Assembly (NCBI GenBank): GCA_963924565.1
Contig: OZ004612.1
Coordinates: 6,262,001-6,326,000 of the forward strand
Source of the DNA: Ascidiella aspersa
Taxonomy: Eukaryota
Direction: 5' to 3'
Length of the DNA stretch: 64,000 bases
Shown here piece by piece: positions 24,101 to 60,627 of the stretch (position 1 is the stretch's first letter; every line of letters starts with the position of its first letter). A model generated the notes under the pieces. That model worked only from the letters and a program-made list of their open reading frames with translations. It was not told the DNA's origin and ran no database searches. The position numbers and the translations under genes are program-made.

Positions 24101-26579
24101 GCAAGCCAATTTGAGTCAGCTGAATCAGATAATTTGTGGATTCAAAATTCATGGACTGAAATGGCGCTTTTTCTGTCAAAACTATTATAAAATACTAAAC
24201 AGTTAAACATGCAAGCCTTAATAAATAGTTTCTTAACCTTTTTCTTCCTTACAACTTTTTCTTTACAACTTTTTAAAGCTAAAACCTTTACAACTATTTT
24301 CGCAGTTGATTTTAAGGGCTTTCGGTCAGCTTGTCACAGTGGCATTGTTACGGGAGTCGGTAAAAGCCCTTGTTCAAATATTGGACGTTATTTGTCACCT
24401 GTATGCCGTGAGTTGCCCGAAACCTCGACCTCATGGCAAGGTGACCGCCCGGTACACATCCGGCCGGCTCGCCAGAACAACCGACGCAGCAGTTTTCTCC
24501 CATTCTCGAAGCGATGCACGCGAAGTAGAAGTGGCAACAAAAGAATGCGAGGCAACCTTGATAAAAAAGTTTTATTTTGGTTATTTGACGAAGAACTTGG
24601 TTTTAGTCAGATTTGCCATACCATTCGCTCTGTTAACCCTATAAGCGTAAACCACCTAAACCCTATGGCTAAAGTCCCAATAAAGGTCTATTAACATGAT
24701 TTCTGGGAAAATTTCATATTATACATTTACAGAACTACAGAACAAAGGTACCGGTAGTAGGCGTTTTATTTTAACAATACAGTAAAAACAAGAGAAACTC
24801 GATAATTCTGAATCGAAGCCGATGTCCAGTACGAAGTGATGGTATTAGCGCTTGTTCGACACTATACTGGTACCGGTGCTGATCCGATACCGAAATAATT
24901 TGTGCATAACAGCCATGGCTTGCTATCCAACGTAGAGCTTTGCAAATTTTGAATAAATATTATATTTAAACTAGAAGATAAATAGGCCTCTATTTGCCAA
25001 AAGCTGATCGTTATTATTGCAGTTTTAAGTTTGGTACATTTTGCCTATTGGGCCATATAGTAATGACAACATTGGGTAGCGGAGCGGTTCCCTAAACTTT
25101 TTAACCGAAGTATATAGGCTGTCAGTATCGAGACCATTAATAGCTTTAATGCTCATGGAGTTAAAACACTTTGACGTACAGCTTTTCAAGTCGTCGAAGC
25201 AGTCGCAAGTTCCACTGCTCCAGGCTCTACCGTTCGGTCCGATCTGCTGGGTGACCACGGTCGTGTTGACTACAGGCTGGGTGGTTATAACAGTCGAACC
25301 GGCGGGCAGCTGGCCGCCGTACGAAGTGTAGGACTGGGGATGCTGGTAGGTCTGTGTCAAACAATTAGGGCAAGGTAGGACAACGCTTGAAGCATTGTTA
25401 TAAATCGCAATGCTGTAGCTAGACATTTTGAAATGACTAGTAAGTCCTAGTCAAGTCATTTGTAAAATAAGTCCAAGTCAAGTGTTTTTGAATAAATAAC
25501 AAGTCAAGTTCAAGTCAAAAGTCATTATTAGAGCAAGTCAATTACAAGTCAAGTCCTTGTCATGAAAAATTAGCTATTAAAATTAAGTAAACTAGTCCGA
25601 CTATAAGCAATACCTTAAAATACCAAAAACACAATACAGAGCAAGCAATGTACAAAAATTAGAATAAATAACCCAATTTTACCTAAAATATTTAAGAAAA
25701 GCATTTCATTTCAACCCAAGTCATTTAACCAAACGACTTAAGTCAAGACAAATTATTTGTAAACAGTGATTTAAGTGCACTTAAGTCAATGTCCAGTGAT
25801 TGACTTAAGTCATTATAACACTGATAAATCGTTATAAAAGTAGCAACGAGAACATATTAATTTACTTTGCTGATTTTGACTTGCTATAAGGTAAAGCAAA
25901 TTAAGTCACTGGAACAGTGTGCATTGTATTATTTATTAGTAAGCCTATATTCAATTAAGTGCAAAAAAGGTAGTTTGGGCCTATAGAAAAACGAAAACAG
26001 GAACATGCTGGTATCCATAGCTGAACATAACACATAATTCACGAAATAAGAAAATTGATTGCACCAAATAATATTTGAATATATTTAGAAGCATTTCGAG
26101 TCGAGTTAATGTACAAAACTTTGAAAACTGGGGACTTACGACATACACCACATTTTGGGGATTATTTTCGCACCAACACAAGTAAATTTGGAAAACGCGC
26201 CTTCGTGTTTGGACAGCTTGTATGTTGCCTATAGTCAGCCGTAAAGCGGCTTATCAAGCACAGGATCTGTAACGAGGACCATAGACTAGTTTTCGCCTAC
26301 AATTTGAAACCCGCCATAACAGATAAAGCGTTTTTGGATTTCAAGCAAACGCAAGCATTGCGTTAATGGGACAACAAAATAAATAAAAAATAAATGTGAA
26401 ATTTGCGTGATTTAAAATGTTTCTACCGAAATGTGTTGGACGTTTTCCTTCTTAAGAATTATTTTGTGCATATCCTTAAAACATCTACGCTGGAAAATAT
26501 CGGGATTAGGTGAGAAAGTAGGTGCTACAACAACAATGTTCGTCGACCAAACTTATGGACTTACCACGTTAACTGCCAT
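18124..26579 (-). CDS. PLAC8/cornifelin-family Cys-rich protein, paralog 2 (4 coding exons; last intron hosts MYO19)
   Basis: Exons 26579-26565 (MAVNV), 25351-25180 (TYQH...VITTQPV...AWSSGTCDCFDDLKS), 24556-24399 (CCLAFFCCHFYFACIASRMGENCCVG...AMRSRFRATHGIQ), 18228-18124 (GNICSDCC...PCAMCQLSREMNRLGYADNC*); same intron positions and phases as paralog 1. Confidence 0.88.
18637..18993. mobile_element. MITE
   Basis: Inverted termini GAGATAGACCGATA / TATCGGTCGATCTC with CCGATA/TATCGG subterminal repeats. Confidence 0.65.
19927..23049 (-). CDS. MYO19: Unconventional myosin-XIX, single coding exon (1040 aa)
   Basis: GESGAGKTWT P-loop, LEAFGNA..NSSRFGK, DIYGFE, LEQLCINYANEKLQ, LNEECRLNR (KTWT and EECRLNR match class XIX as I recall it), three IQ-like motifs, short tail; uninterrupted ORF. 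Confidence 0.92.
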   Translation of the reverse strand: MAAQSGITFHEGMWVWAKDDTSVWSPVRIAEVHNDNYFEVVTLGGNSMKLHGRDIHSVASWNCFDEEMQGEYFHSDLSKMTSLNTPAVLYSLRAMYECGVFYRKLGSGTILAINPFQEFTEMFNRKMILAYHRATMAELGAMPAHVFSVVERARRDMEIGVGLSNQSIVISGESGAGKTWTVSCLMHYLTYIGIDTNNNDMSHSDEPVCNATYDINFPKQHQIEKRILSSNPVLEAFGNAATARNHNSSRFGKYIQLQYDRSGHIAGATLQIYLLEKTRVAKRDSAEKNFHIFYQLVNGTTPEEKSKFCLDINHFEAGDNSNINSNVSFQKSMQCNLGEHNVQQSAGNNFMETEAAFSVTKKAMLAIGISSQKQCEIFKVLSALLHLSNVELKGDDDFNPCMPSQNCQLHLKVAAFILAVPVNSLVQSVTVRRIEAGRKREGKRRSVVKKSCTKQECAARMESLMKSIYEMLFHWIVSEIVSEISAANDKVQSFIGLLDIYGFESFQRNGLEQLCINYANEKLQHYYVENFLKQQQEELSHEHIIWNTSELVDKIECLRVLESPQNSLFSLLNEECRLNRSTNAVQLMNRIFQTFKKDRFISKQYKAAPCFVVSHYANKVEYTTDSLIAKNKDELPAEIVEILLDSKNEFLNCLLQQKPGLKTNHEANKGKHNKTVLRQFKLSLDNLLKTMASTNCHYIRCIKPNEESLPKRFDSFHVVEQLKSSGIIETIQVCGHFLPHKMRYQQFFNNFSFLLSRRTNRIITKDFHHMSPTEKCELIMKNLSNTYATIDFSSSCQFGSSSVFLSAELYEILHKERVQAMLDSVKTIIPWWRALRAKWFCRQERAILIAQRNEAAACFQRTWRLRQMKAQLRIKRKKEICKRNAAASTIQAFYVVYKNAKKTRLEMEYLQPPTSVNNRSNSFEESDGDECSFLSVSHMPVKYASVQVMRHSSVSNATIQSAVTPLCFLLKPQLLYSGLQLLLCSKLYNLYVTPIQVTKLAFCNTQSWHNIFNTFAQSDNTQFKVQPILPFSNVLPKCAT
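23683..23885. mobile_element. Foldback MITE with GG...CC ends and 8-bp TSD
   Basis: 25-bp perfect TIR GGCGCTGGTCTAGAATCCTACCACA; inner arms also inverted; exact TSD CGCAATTC at 23675-23682 and 23886-23893. Confidence 0.9.
25425..25823. mobile_element. AAGTC-repeat hAT-like MITE
   Basis: AAGTC arrays; right end TTATAACACTG; homologous to 60119-60627. Confidence 0.7.
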
Positions 26580-27245
26580 TTTCTTTAAAAGATATTTCGA
26601 TTAGTGAACACGAAATCCAAGACCCCTAAGTGTTCTAAACAGAAAAGAGAGCATTTAATTTTATCAAGTTAGAAACACGCTATTAAAGTACAAGTTTATT
26701 TAACGTTAAAGCTTTTCGAAACCTGTTTTCTTGTTAAACTGAAAGAAGCGTTCGAAACACATTAGCCTGTTTATTCTGCTGTTTTGTGGCTTTTAACCGA
26801 AGGCTTTTTAAATATCATACTCCAGATTTTTTGAGTTTCGAGACTCAAAGTTTGCGAGACTACCTGACTACACTTGTTAGGCCTTTGACGCCCAAAACTT
26901 GCTGAGAATGGAAAACTATTTGTCAGACAACTCAGCATGACCATTGTTATACACAAGGGGAAATAACGTCTTAATCTGACGGGCGACGCTCCCCTAAAGA
27001 GTGCACAACGGTTTAGCGCGCTGCTATCCTATTGCTCAGCCCTGTCACTAAGCTGTACGGGACAATAGATTCTTCAATAATATTTATTGTTGCCAAGGAG
27101 CTGTTTTCGTTTCGCGCGTACAACGCCAGAGTAAATTCACGTCCGAATTAACAATGCGCGTAGGGAGAAATTAAATAAATAAATAAATAAAACAGGAAGA
27201 GTTTAAGGGTCTTGAATTCTTTTTTTCGGGAAGCAATGGGATTGT

Positions 27246-38696
<11,451 letters not shown>

Positions 38697-39134
38697 GTTC
38701 AGACGCTGGTTGATCACTAGACTCACGACTAAATGCTGAAAGAAATATAAATCGATTACAGTGGTTTGTCTATATTATATATATCAGGAAATGAAACCAT
38801 AAAACAACTTAAAAAGTCAGACGAATTAATTCATAAATTACATAGGTTATAAGACTTAGTAACAGAAGAATATTGCTAAAATTGTTATGAATACAATCAT
38901 AAGTTATAGCATTAAATTAAAAAGTTAACTAAAGCGGACAGACAATTTTGCTGCAAAACTACCCTTTTAAATGCCTACAACTCTTCACGTCGACTCGCGT
39001 TTCTATTTTGCCAGCATGCTGCAAGGCACATTAATGCTTTTTAACACAACAACCAGTAAAGCTTTTTGATGCACAACACTCAGTGAACCGTACCTCAGTG
39101 AAGCTGCTTTTCAAGTTGTAGTTGTTGCTGCTAC

Positions 39135-39325
39135 GAAGCTCAAATGCAACTGATGAATATCTCCAAGTCAACCGTTGCTTTTATACGAGCAAGTCGCTGC
39201 CAGGCTACAGCAACTGTTGACCCCGAGTGGTACCCGCTGTGACTGGGAAGGTGACGATTGGTCACCTCTATCGGGACACTGTGACTTCGGCTAGCATCCA
39301 AGGTCGGGTCAAAAGGCCACATGGC
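39135..39325 (-). promoter_or_regulatory. SERCA copy A core promoter (TATA, Inr, E-box, T-box/CRE-like site)
   Basis: TATAAAA 39185-39179; TCATCAGT Inr-like ~30 nt downstream; CAACTG 39211-39216; AGGTGACGA 39249-39257; block conserved upstream of copy B. Confidence 0.7.
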
Positions 39326-41247
39326 GAGGCGTTAAGAAAATCTAGCGGGAATGGTTTGCAGGCTTTCGGTTACCGATGTTTTTAGGGATGCTTGCATTTG
39401 TTTGGCAGATCGTTTAAAACTGAATAATTTACGCGTGTTTGTAAAAGGGCTGGTTTGGTGTTTAATGCGCACAAGTATCAATCCCGGTTATACGTGTTAC
39501 ATCGTGCTGACAAGCGTATGTTTGGCCCTAAATCGCGAGCTGCCTTAAATAATTGACTAATATTGACGTAGGACAACACGAGGTTTCAGAATGAAAACTA
39601 CGCATATTTAGATATGGCAAATGCAATTGCAGTGTCTCTTGAATTCTAGAATGCCAATTAAGAGTTTAAACAAAATATCAATAGTCGATGATATATTTAA
39701 ACATTGGTTAAACCGCGTTGAGATGGAACATGTACGCAAAACATGCTTTTCTTTTTTGGCTAATTGTAAGGATTCTGGTTTTGTTTAATGTCAATTAAAA
39801 CACGAATAATACACTTGTGTAAAATAAATCAGCTTGGATGAATACAAAAAATGTCTCATTTTCAATTCTTATGGTCATATTATAAAGAACAAGAAAGTCA
39901 TATTAGCGACTGTTAGTAAACCAAGTTGCGAATTTGTGGTGTATCGATAAGTTTGGTCTGTATGTGAAACGCAACAAAATGGAGTAGTTCGATTATGGAA
40001 ATAATCTGTCCCCTTTGGTATTTTGTTTGAAAGTAATCAATTCAACACTCGTGTGAAATTTGGCGCTAAAAAGTGCCATTTTTTTAGTGTCGCGCGACAA
40101 GAATGTCGACAGCTGCTGTGTTACAACAACTGGGGAGATATTTGTTTGACAAAATATCGGAGTGTGTTGAAAGCTTAAATCTGCAAAAGTATTGAGCTGT
40201 GTTTAGATCCTTTTACCCCGTTTTATTGCTAGGGTCTTCCATCAAAATATTTGCTTTTGAAGCAACTATTAACTTCTTTATGTTAATCGACGGCATTATA
40301 AAACGACATGTGAACTTACGTAACGTAATATGATAATCCAAGTTGACGTCGCCCTGGCAGACTGGGTGCCAATCATTTCGGTAAATTTGGGTCAATACAC
40401 AAACTTCCACTGAAAAGAAGCTTCGAAGCTTCAAACCATCCTTGCGTTGTAACATTGTTTAATTCAAGCAACAAATTGCAATGTCACAATTTTGTTACAA
40501 CTGCCCTTATTGATGGTGAATTTAAAGAAAATAGGTTTATCTGAATCATGGATGATTTTTTTATATGTGTGACATTTTATAGTAATTTCTTATTCTTCTA
40601 AGAAAGCGTTGCTCAATAAACATTTTTGAACAAACTGAAAATATCAGTGTTGTAAAGATTTTAATAATATAATCCTACCCCAATGTAATAGCCTACAGTT
40701 TTTATTTTATTTTTTTGAAACTTACAATAGGAGTGATTTCTTTGCTTTATTAAAAAGAGTGTTTTAATCGCCAAGCTAAAGATATTTTAAAGTATATATT
40801 TGATTACTTTTAAAGAAGGATTTATACCTGATGTACTCGAACAAATCGTTTTCAATTCATGGTGATGTTGAAACATACAAATAAGCCAAAATTATTTAAA
40901 TAAATTTTGGTGTCGAACTTTATATAAAAAAACTTTATCATCTTGATTATAATTACATTTAAAAAATATAAATAACTAATTACATTGTGTTTATAAAACT
41001 GTCGATCAGTTCGAAATTTCATCAAAATGTAGTCTGCCCTGGACTGGTTGGCCTAGAATTTCCCAGTGGGCCACATTTGGCCTCGGGTTATAGTTTGTTG
41101 AGTCCTATTTTAAACTCTTGGAGCCGATTAGTGAAAATCCGTCCTACGTGTTAGGCTATGTTTCTACTTGAAAATGATTTCAACTTAACGAATCCATTTT
41201 TTTCTGACAGGGTTTTGTATTGTAATAGATACATACCTACCAACAGA

Positions 41248-41672
41248 CAGGGCTGCGGATTCGGGGTTGGACTCGGATAGCGAGATTCGACGGAGTTGGT
41301 TAATTTTGCTAGTCGGATTAGGACCCGAGACTCGAGCAAGACTATACAGAAGGTTACGAGTCTCGAGTCCTACATGCGCAGTACCAAATTTATATGCTGC
41401 TAAGACCGCAAGCTGTAGATTGTAAAGGTGGAAGAGCACGTGATGGAATATTTTCCCACAAAGTGCGTGGGTGAATTATATGACACCAATAGGAGTGAAT
41501 TGTTAAATATGCACCTTATTATAGTTACGTAAATTGGTAAAATACAAAGTTAGAGTCGGACCTGGAGTCAGAAATCGACCAAATCGATCATTTGGCCGAA
41601 GTCGAACTCGGGATTCTGGTATAATTGTTTGGTCGAAGTCCGAATCGAATTGTTTTTTCACCGAATCTGCAG
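41248..41672 (+). mobile_element. MITE, CAGGGCTGCGGAGTCGG family
   Basis: Homologous along its length to 59706-60091 in opposite orientation. Confidence 0.75.
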
Positions 41673-42608
41673 ATTAGCCAAAAAGTGACAAGAATAAAGT
41701 GACAAGAATTTAGATTTCTTGTCCGTAGGCCTAGTTGTAAGTCACGTTCTGGTTTCCAAAGCTCAGTAGTCGAATGATTTTTAAAAGCTGTAAACCATGT
41801 GATACTATTAAAATAACGATTGGGTTTTAATGCACAACCTTACACAACCGCAATAAAAACAAACCACATGAAGTCAAAAGCTGTGGCACAAACACGACAT
41901 TACGTAGACCAGCTAAAAGACGTGCGAAGTGACTCATGAGGAGCGCAAAGCACATAGAGATTTGCTTGCAACGCTAGATTAAGAGTGTTTACTATAAAAA
42001 ATCACGATGTGTAAAAGCATTTCGACTTTACTTTTTGACGGCTGTTTATAGAAATTGATATTTGATGACTGTTCATTAAATTGAAGTTTGAGTTTTGCCT
42101 TAAAGCAAACAGGTTGTAAAATAATCTTATCTGAAATATAAACTAATGCTGGACGAAATATAGTATTATTTACAAACCATTTAGATTAAAGGCCAGCTGT
42201 ACCATAAACGTCAAACCCGACATGGTTGCAATATATTTCGTTCCAGCCGAAGTAGACAAAACAAGCAGATTATTTCTAAGGCTTGGCTTTGGTAACAGCT
42301 GAAAACTTTTGACGGACGGCAAAACAAGTGCTGGGACCGAAACTATTTCTTTAAAGTATTAACTGCTAATAGGTGATGTGCCCACGGAAGTTGATTCTAT
42401 AATAAGAGAATGTTTGAGAAATTTCAGGGACCCTTTCGTATCCACAAAACACCTTAAATCGCACTACCACCTGGGTCACAACCGCAAGAAATTTATTGCA
42501 ATAACACCGACAGAATGCCTACCTGTTCGTTGATTGATACAACAGTTTGTATTTTGACATATGCCTAGCCATGGTGCTTTCACTCATGTGCATATAACAT
42601 TGAGACTA

Positions 42609-42756
42609 GGTACCTTATGCACGGATTTGTAATGTAGCTGGACAATGAATTACAAAGTCATTAGGATAATACAAGCTTGTATCGAAATGTCCCAATCAAG
42701 ATGATGTCGATCTACTTAAACTTTTGGCTTTGCAATTCATTATCAAGCTATATTAC
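42609..42756. repeat. Decayed second copy of the hammerhead foldback element
   Basis: GGTACCTTATGCACGGA...GTAATGTAGC matches 10833-10885; ATACAAGCTTGTATCGAAATGTC..AATCAAGATGATGTCGAT matches 10969-11011; outer arms 42629-42660 and 42725-42756 are inverted; inner left arm missing. Confidence 0.75.
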
Positions 42757-44022
42757 GACTAACTATATAACAAGAAAACAATTTTCTTGTTTAGCCACGC
42801 AACATGTTGAAGATAGCTTCTTTAACCAAATAACAAGCTAGACATTTGTGTGTTCAAATTCAACTGTGGTTTCCTTTTTTCTACAATTTGTTCATTTATT
42901 CATCAAGAAGAAGATTGCTTTGAGCAAACCTGCTGTCATTCATTCGTCATCATTTTGTAATCCCTGAGGCGTTCATTGAAGCTCGCAAACTGACACTGGT
43001 ATCCCACCGTTGTTGCCCTTGTCATTTTAATCAATCAAAGTTAACAAATAGCAATGCTAATTCTATCTTTTCAATGTCTTTCTGAATCAGGTTTTAGTGT
43101 CACAACCCAACAATGTGATGAGCTATATCTCAAATGACATCAGAGAATTTATCGCACAATGTTCTGTTAAGCTCAGCAATTAGCAGTGGTTCTTACACTG
43201 GGGTCGCGCCCATGTGGCAGAGCATTTTTTTACATTATAGCATTTTTTTTTTTTTACATTTATTCTAGATGGAAGTTTCCGCGTTACGGTAGCTATATGG
43301 TGAATATTAGATATTGATGTAAGAAACCAATTGAACTACCCACGCTTCGGTTAAAAATAAAAGTCCAGCCTGAAAAAGTTTAATAGTTTAATATCTGAAT
43401 GTTATCCCAGCCTCCCAGTTAAAATACACTGTTCAAGAAGAAATGAATTATTTGCCTTGTAATGCTGAGGTTCTAATTGGCCGACATAGAGACGGAAACC
43501 TCCCTACGGAAAGCAAGTCCGGAAAATTGCCTAATGTGCATTCGTAAATAACCAAATTAAGTTGCAAGGTATTTCTAATAATTTAATTGATATAAAGTGA
43601 ACTTCTGGATCGATTTAATGTCACCTTTCGGCGTATCTATTCAAACAAATCTATATTGATTACCCTAAGAAATTCTGTATTTGTTGCACTTTTATGCTAA
43701 ATCTAAGGATGATAAAAAATTAGGAATACTTTTTTTAGGTTTATTAGAAAACAAGAACACAACAACAAGGTGGAAAAATCATTTGAATCAGAGATAACCA
43801 CAATTAATTAAAAGAAGATTGCTCTCGCAGATAAGCCAATTGGGGGGCTTCTATTAGGTAAACACACAGTTGATGTAGTATACTACATTTACAAAGACAC
43901 AGCATGTTTCAAATACCACTTTAAGCACGTTTTTTTCAAACAAAAGGGCCATTAAATAAATAATAAATAAAACGAATGAGTTTAACGGCATTTGATTCCT
44001 GCGGACAAGAAAAATCTCTTGA

Positions 44023-57171
<13,149 letters not shown>

Positions 57172-57710
57172 GTTCAGACGCTGGTTGATCACTAGACTCA
57201 CGACTAAGTGCTATAGAAAGTAACTTTACTGCGAGAATCCTACAAGGCGATTCGGCGAATGCTAAATCGAACCTGAGAAAAACAAATCTTGTATGTCGTG
57301 TTTTTTTACTGTCAGTCGCACACGTATCCAGCGATAAAGAACTAGTCGGAGGATTTTTTTATTGAATAAGAAATCGAAGCCGCGCTCTGGGAAACGAACC
57401 ATTTGTAATCGGCCAGCGCTTGTACAATGTTAAATTTGTGAATGTCGTATTGAAATACTTTACAACTTTAGGTATAACTGCTGAGAAAACAACGCAGCTA
57501 AAACTCTAAAGGCTCAGCGTTATCTGGCTTGCTGTCTGTTACCAATTTACGTTCAAAGCTGTATCAACTTTACGTTCTATAAATATATTTATAAAAGCAA
57601 CTCCCGTTACGTTGCGGCTCGTCGTTCAACGTAAATCGAAAACAGACTTGATGCCTAAAGACCGCAGTAGCCTCGTGATCCGCTGACAAAACAACTAGTT
57701 GTTTCTCTTG

Positions 57711-57900
57711 TGAAGCTCAAAAGCAACTGATGAATGTGTCTCGGTTGCCGCCTGCTTTTATACGGGCAAGTCGCTCCCAGGCTGCAGCAACTGTTGAACT
57801 GTTAAACGCCGCTGAAACTGCTGTGACCCGTAAGGTGACGAGTTTTGCGCAGTTAACCGGTCAGTTAGCACCCTGGCCCGGTTCAAAAGGCAACATGTGA
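57711..57900 (-). promoter_or_regulatory. SERCA copy B core promoter
   Basis: TATAAAA 57762-57756; TCATCAGT Inr-like; CAACTG 57788-57793; AGGTGACGA 57833-57841; colinear with the copy-A block. Confidence 0.7.
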
Positions 57901-59239
57901 CAAGGCGGCAACAACGGGTTTGGGTTCGTTACGTGATCAAATTAAACTGCTGCTTACCTTGACGGTTGTACAGAAAAGAATAGTTTTGGCACGTTCCTAT
58001 ATGGACAACAGTTCCATTGATCTTGCGACCAATTTATTCAAAGAGCTTCAAAAAGTTTTCGTATCAAATTTAAGATAAACATTCAAGTCGTGAAATTGTA
58101 ATACGTAATTTAGGTCATGAAACATACTTTGCGTTTAATTGTTTTTGAAGTTGGATAAGGGTTTCACACGATAAAATTTCCATAACGGTGGTCTATAGAT
58201 TTGCGTTAAAATTGCATTTAGAAGTTAACTTACCAGAAATTGTATTTTGTAGATATTTTAGGTCCACACAGTGCTAAGTTGTGGAAACATTGAAAAAGAT
58301 GAAACAGTTTGAATTTTGATAGTTCAAGTTTGCAAAACGCATTTTTGGGGGGAGTTGATTGCGTCAGTTTGGGAAGTGTCACAGATCTTGTTTGAGAAAA
58401 TAAATTATTTTGTGTATGTTATATGACCGTAGGCAAATTTGCGTACGGAAAACAATGAGGCCTACCTTCGGGCAGACAACCAAACAAATTCATAGGGTTA
58501 ATTAAATGATATCCACGTCCTAAAAACATCTGTTACAGAGAACAAACGGCGTAAGAAGCCGACTTAAGTTGATAAAGTCTCAACTTTGGCTAAAATCCGC
58601 TGCTCTTCAAATATCTCATCGCTTTCCAATCGAAGGGAGTCAAAGACCATTGAGTTATTTGCGCTGGCGGCTTTAGCGGCTGCGAACGGTGGTAGGTTGA
58701 AAATGCTTCTGTTAGATCAGCAAACACGGGTAGGTAATTTACATATTATCGGCATGTTTTTGCATCTTGCATGAGTTGGCCAAATTTAGAACACCTTAAA
58801 ATTGCCAAATAATTTTTTAATATTTTAAGTATACGGTACCAAAATTGTATGGATATAATTAAGGTAGGCCCACTTTGGTAACAAAATTTACCTTTTGCTT
58901 CAACGTGAACAAAATTTGGACATTTACTGAAATATTCAATTTAACTCGTGGTTCGATATGTAATATAACGGCCTTTTTAACCCGCTTAGATGTGTTTCTC
59001 GTGTCTAAATACATCAAGTTTACCCACCTTTGCACATAAAGGTTTGGTGACCGTCATGGAAGCCATGAAAGAGGTTAATAGTATACTTGTTCGCAACCCT
59101 GTATTTTGCTCCGTCATTGATTCCCTAAGTTTCGTACAAAAAACGAGCAAAACAATTAAAGTGAGGTTGTTTGTACTTACCTAGGATGCAGTTTTGTACT
59201 TACCTAGGATGCAGCAGACATTGGGGATATTTTTCGACC

Positions 59240-59455
59240 ATCTCGTATATCCCGTTCAGTCGGTAGAGAGACCGTCCCGGTTTTACCGGAGGTCGTGGGT
59301 TCGAACCTCATCGCAGGAAAGATATTTTCTAACCTTGCCATGCTTGAACGATAATCCTGATTAAGCCGAATGATTTCTGTAGCCTTAATAAAGGCATCCA
59401 TGTTGGTAAGAGGTAGGATCGTCCTACACGATGCCAAGCGGCGTTTTATTCATTA
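59240..59455 (+). mobile_element. tRNA-derived SINE
   Basis: TCAGTCGGTAGAG A box, GGTTCGAACC B box, non-tRNA body ending TTTTATTCATTAC; weaker relatives near 47970 (-), 50850 and 56065. Confidence 0.7.
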
Positions 59456-59705
59456 CATAAGAACGTAGAAAAGGTGGTGTTTTTCAGGTTACTAATCTTT
59501 GTAAATGGCCGTATTTGTCTAATTCTAAATAGGGTAATCAGGTGGCACAATATAGAGACAAATTGTAAGTATCAACTTTATATAATATTTTCAGGTTAGG
59601 AAATCAATCTTAAATAGGGCGATGTAAGTTAATTCTCAGAACGGGACCGTTACCACTATAGGGTGTCCGATAGTATCGGAGCAATAAGCCCGATAAGCTA
59701 CAAAA

Positions 59706-60091
59706 TAGGGCTGCGGAGTCGGTTAAAAACGTCCGACTCCGGCCAAAAAAATACACCCGAGTCCGAATCCGGCCAAATGTAAGATTTTGCCGACTGACTC
59801 TCGAGCCTCTATTTTACCCATTTACGCAACTAAATTAAGGTGGATTTTCTGCAATCCACTCATATGGGTGTCATAATTGATCCACCCGCATTACATGGTT
59901 TAAAAATATTTCACATTTGCTATTACACTTTTACAACCTACATTTTGCCGCCTTAACAGTTTTAAAATCTGATACTGCGCATGCGCACGTCGGACTCGGG
60001 ACTCGGGTAGTTTTACGCGGTCTTACTCGAGTCCCGAGTCCGGCAAAACAAACCGACTCCGTCGAGTCCGGAGTCCGACTCCGCAGCCCTG
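59706..60091. mobile_element. hAT-type MITE
   Basis: TIR (T)AGGGCTGCGGAGTCGG / CCGACTCCGCAGCCCTG; TSD CTACAAAA/CTACAAAG. Confidence 0.88.
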
Positions 60092-60118
60092 CTACAAAGT
60101 GGCAATATCGGTAGGCCC

Positions 60119-60627
60119 CAGTGTTGTAATGACTTAAGTCATTGACTTGACTTAAGTGCACTTAAGTCACTGTTTTCAAATGACTTGACTTGACTTAAGA
60201 CCTTTGACCAAAATGACTTGACTTGACTTAAGTATTTTGGTCAAATGACTTGACTTGGACTTAAGTCATTTTGGCAAATAACTTAGGAGTAAATTAAGTG
60301 TTTTTCATTAAAACTTATCTCAAATTTTGCATATCAAACACTTTAATTGCTGTGTATTGCGTATGTGTTTTTTTAGTTAAATTGTTGCTTATAATCGGAC
60401 GATTTTACCAATTTAAATAGTTTAATAATTTACTTTTATGTCAATGACATGACTTGAAATTGACTTGCTCTCATAATGACTTGACTGGGACTTGACTTAG
60501 GCAACAGATGACTTGGACTGGGACTTGACTTGTTATTTTTGCAAAAGACTTGACTTGGACTTAAGTTATTTTTCAAATGACTTGACTTGGACTTACGTCA
60601 TTTCAAAATGACTTGTTTACAACACTG
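60119..60627. mobile_element. hAT-type AAGTC/GACTT-repeat MITE, intact
   Basis: TIR CAGTGTTGTAA / TTACAACACTG; exact 8-bp TSD GTAGGCCC. Confidence 0.92.

Noticed and set aside
24209-24694. 161-aa plus-strand ORF
   Set aside because: Antisense to PLAC8-2 exon 3; no independent coding signal
39330-43900. SERCA-regulatory micropeptide (sarcolamban/phospholamban-like) between the two copies
   Set aside because: No convincing short transmembrane ORF seen by eye; would need Ribo-seq or conservation analysis
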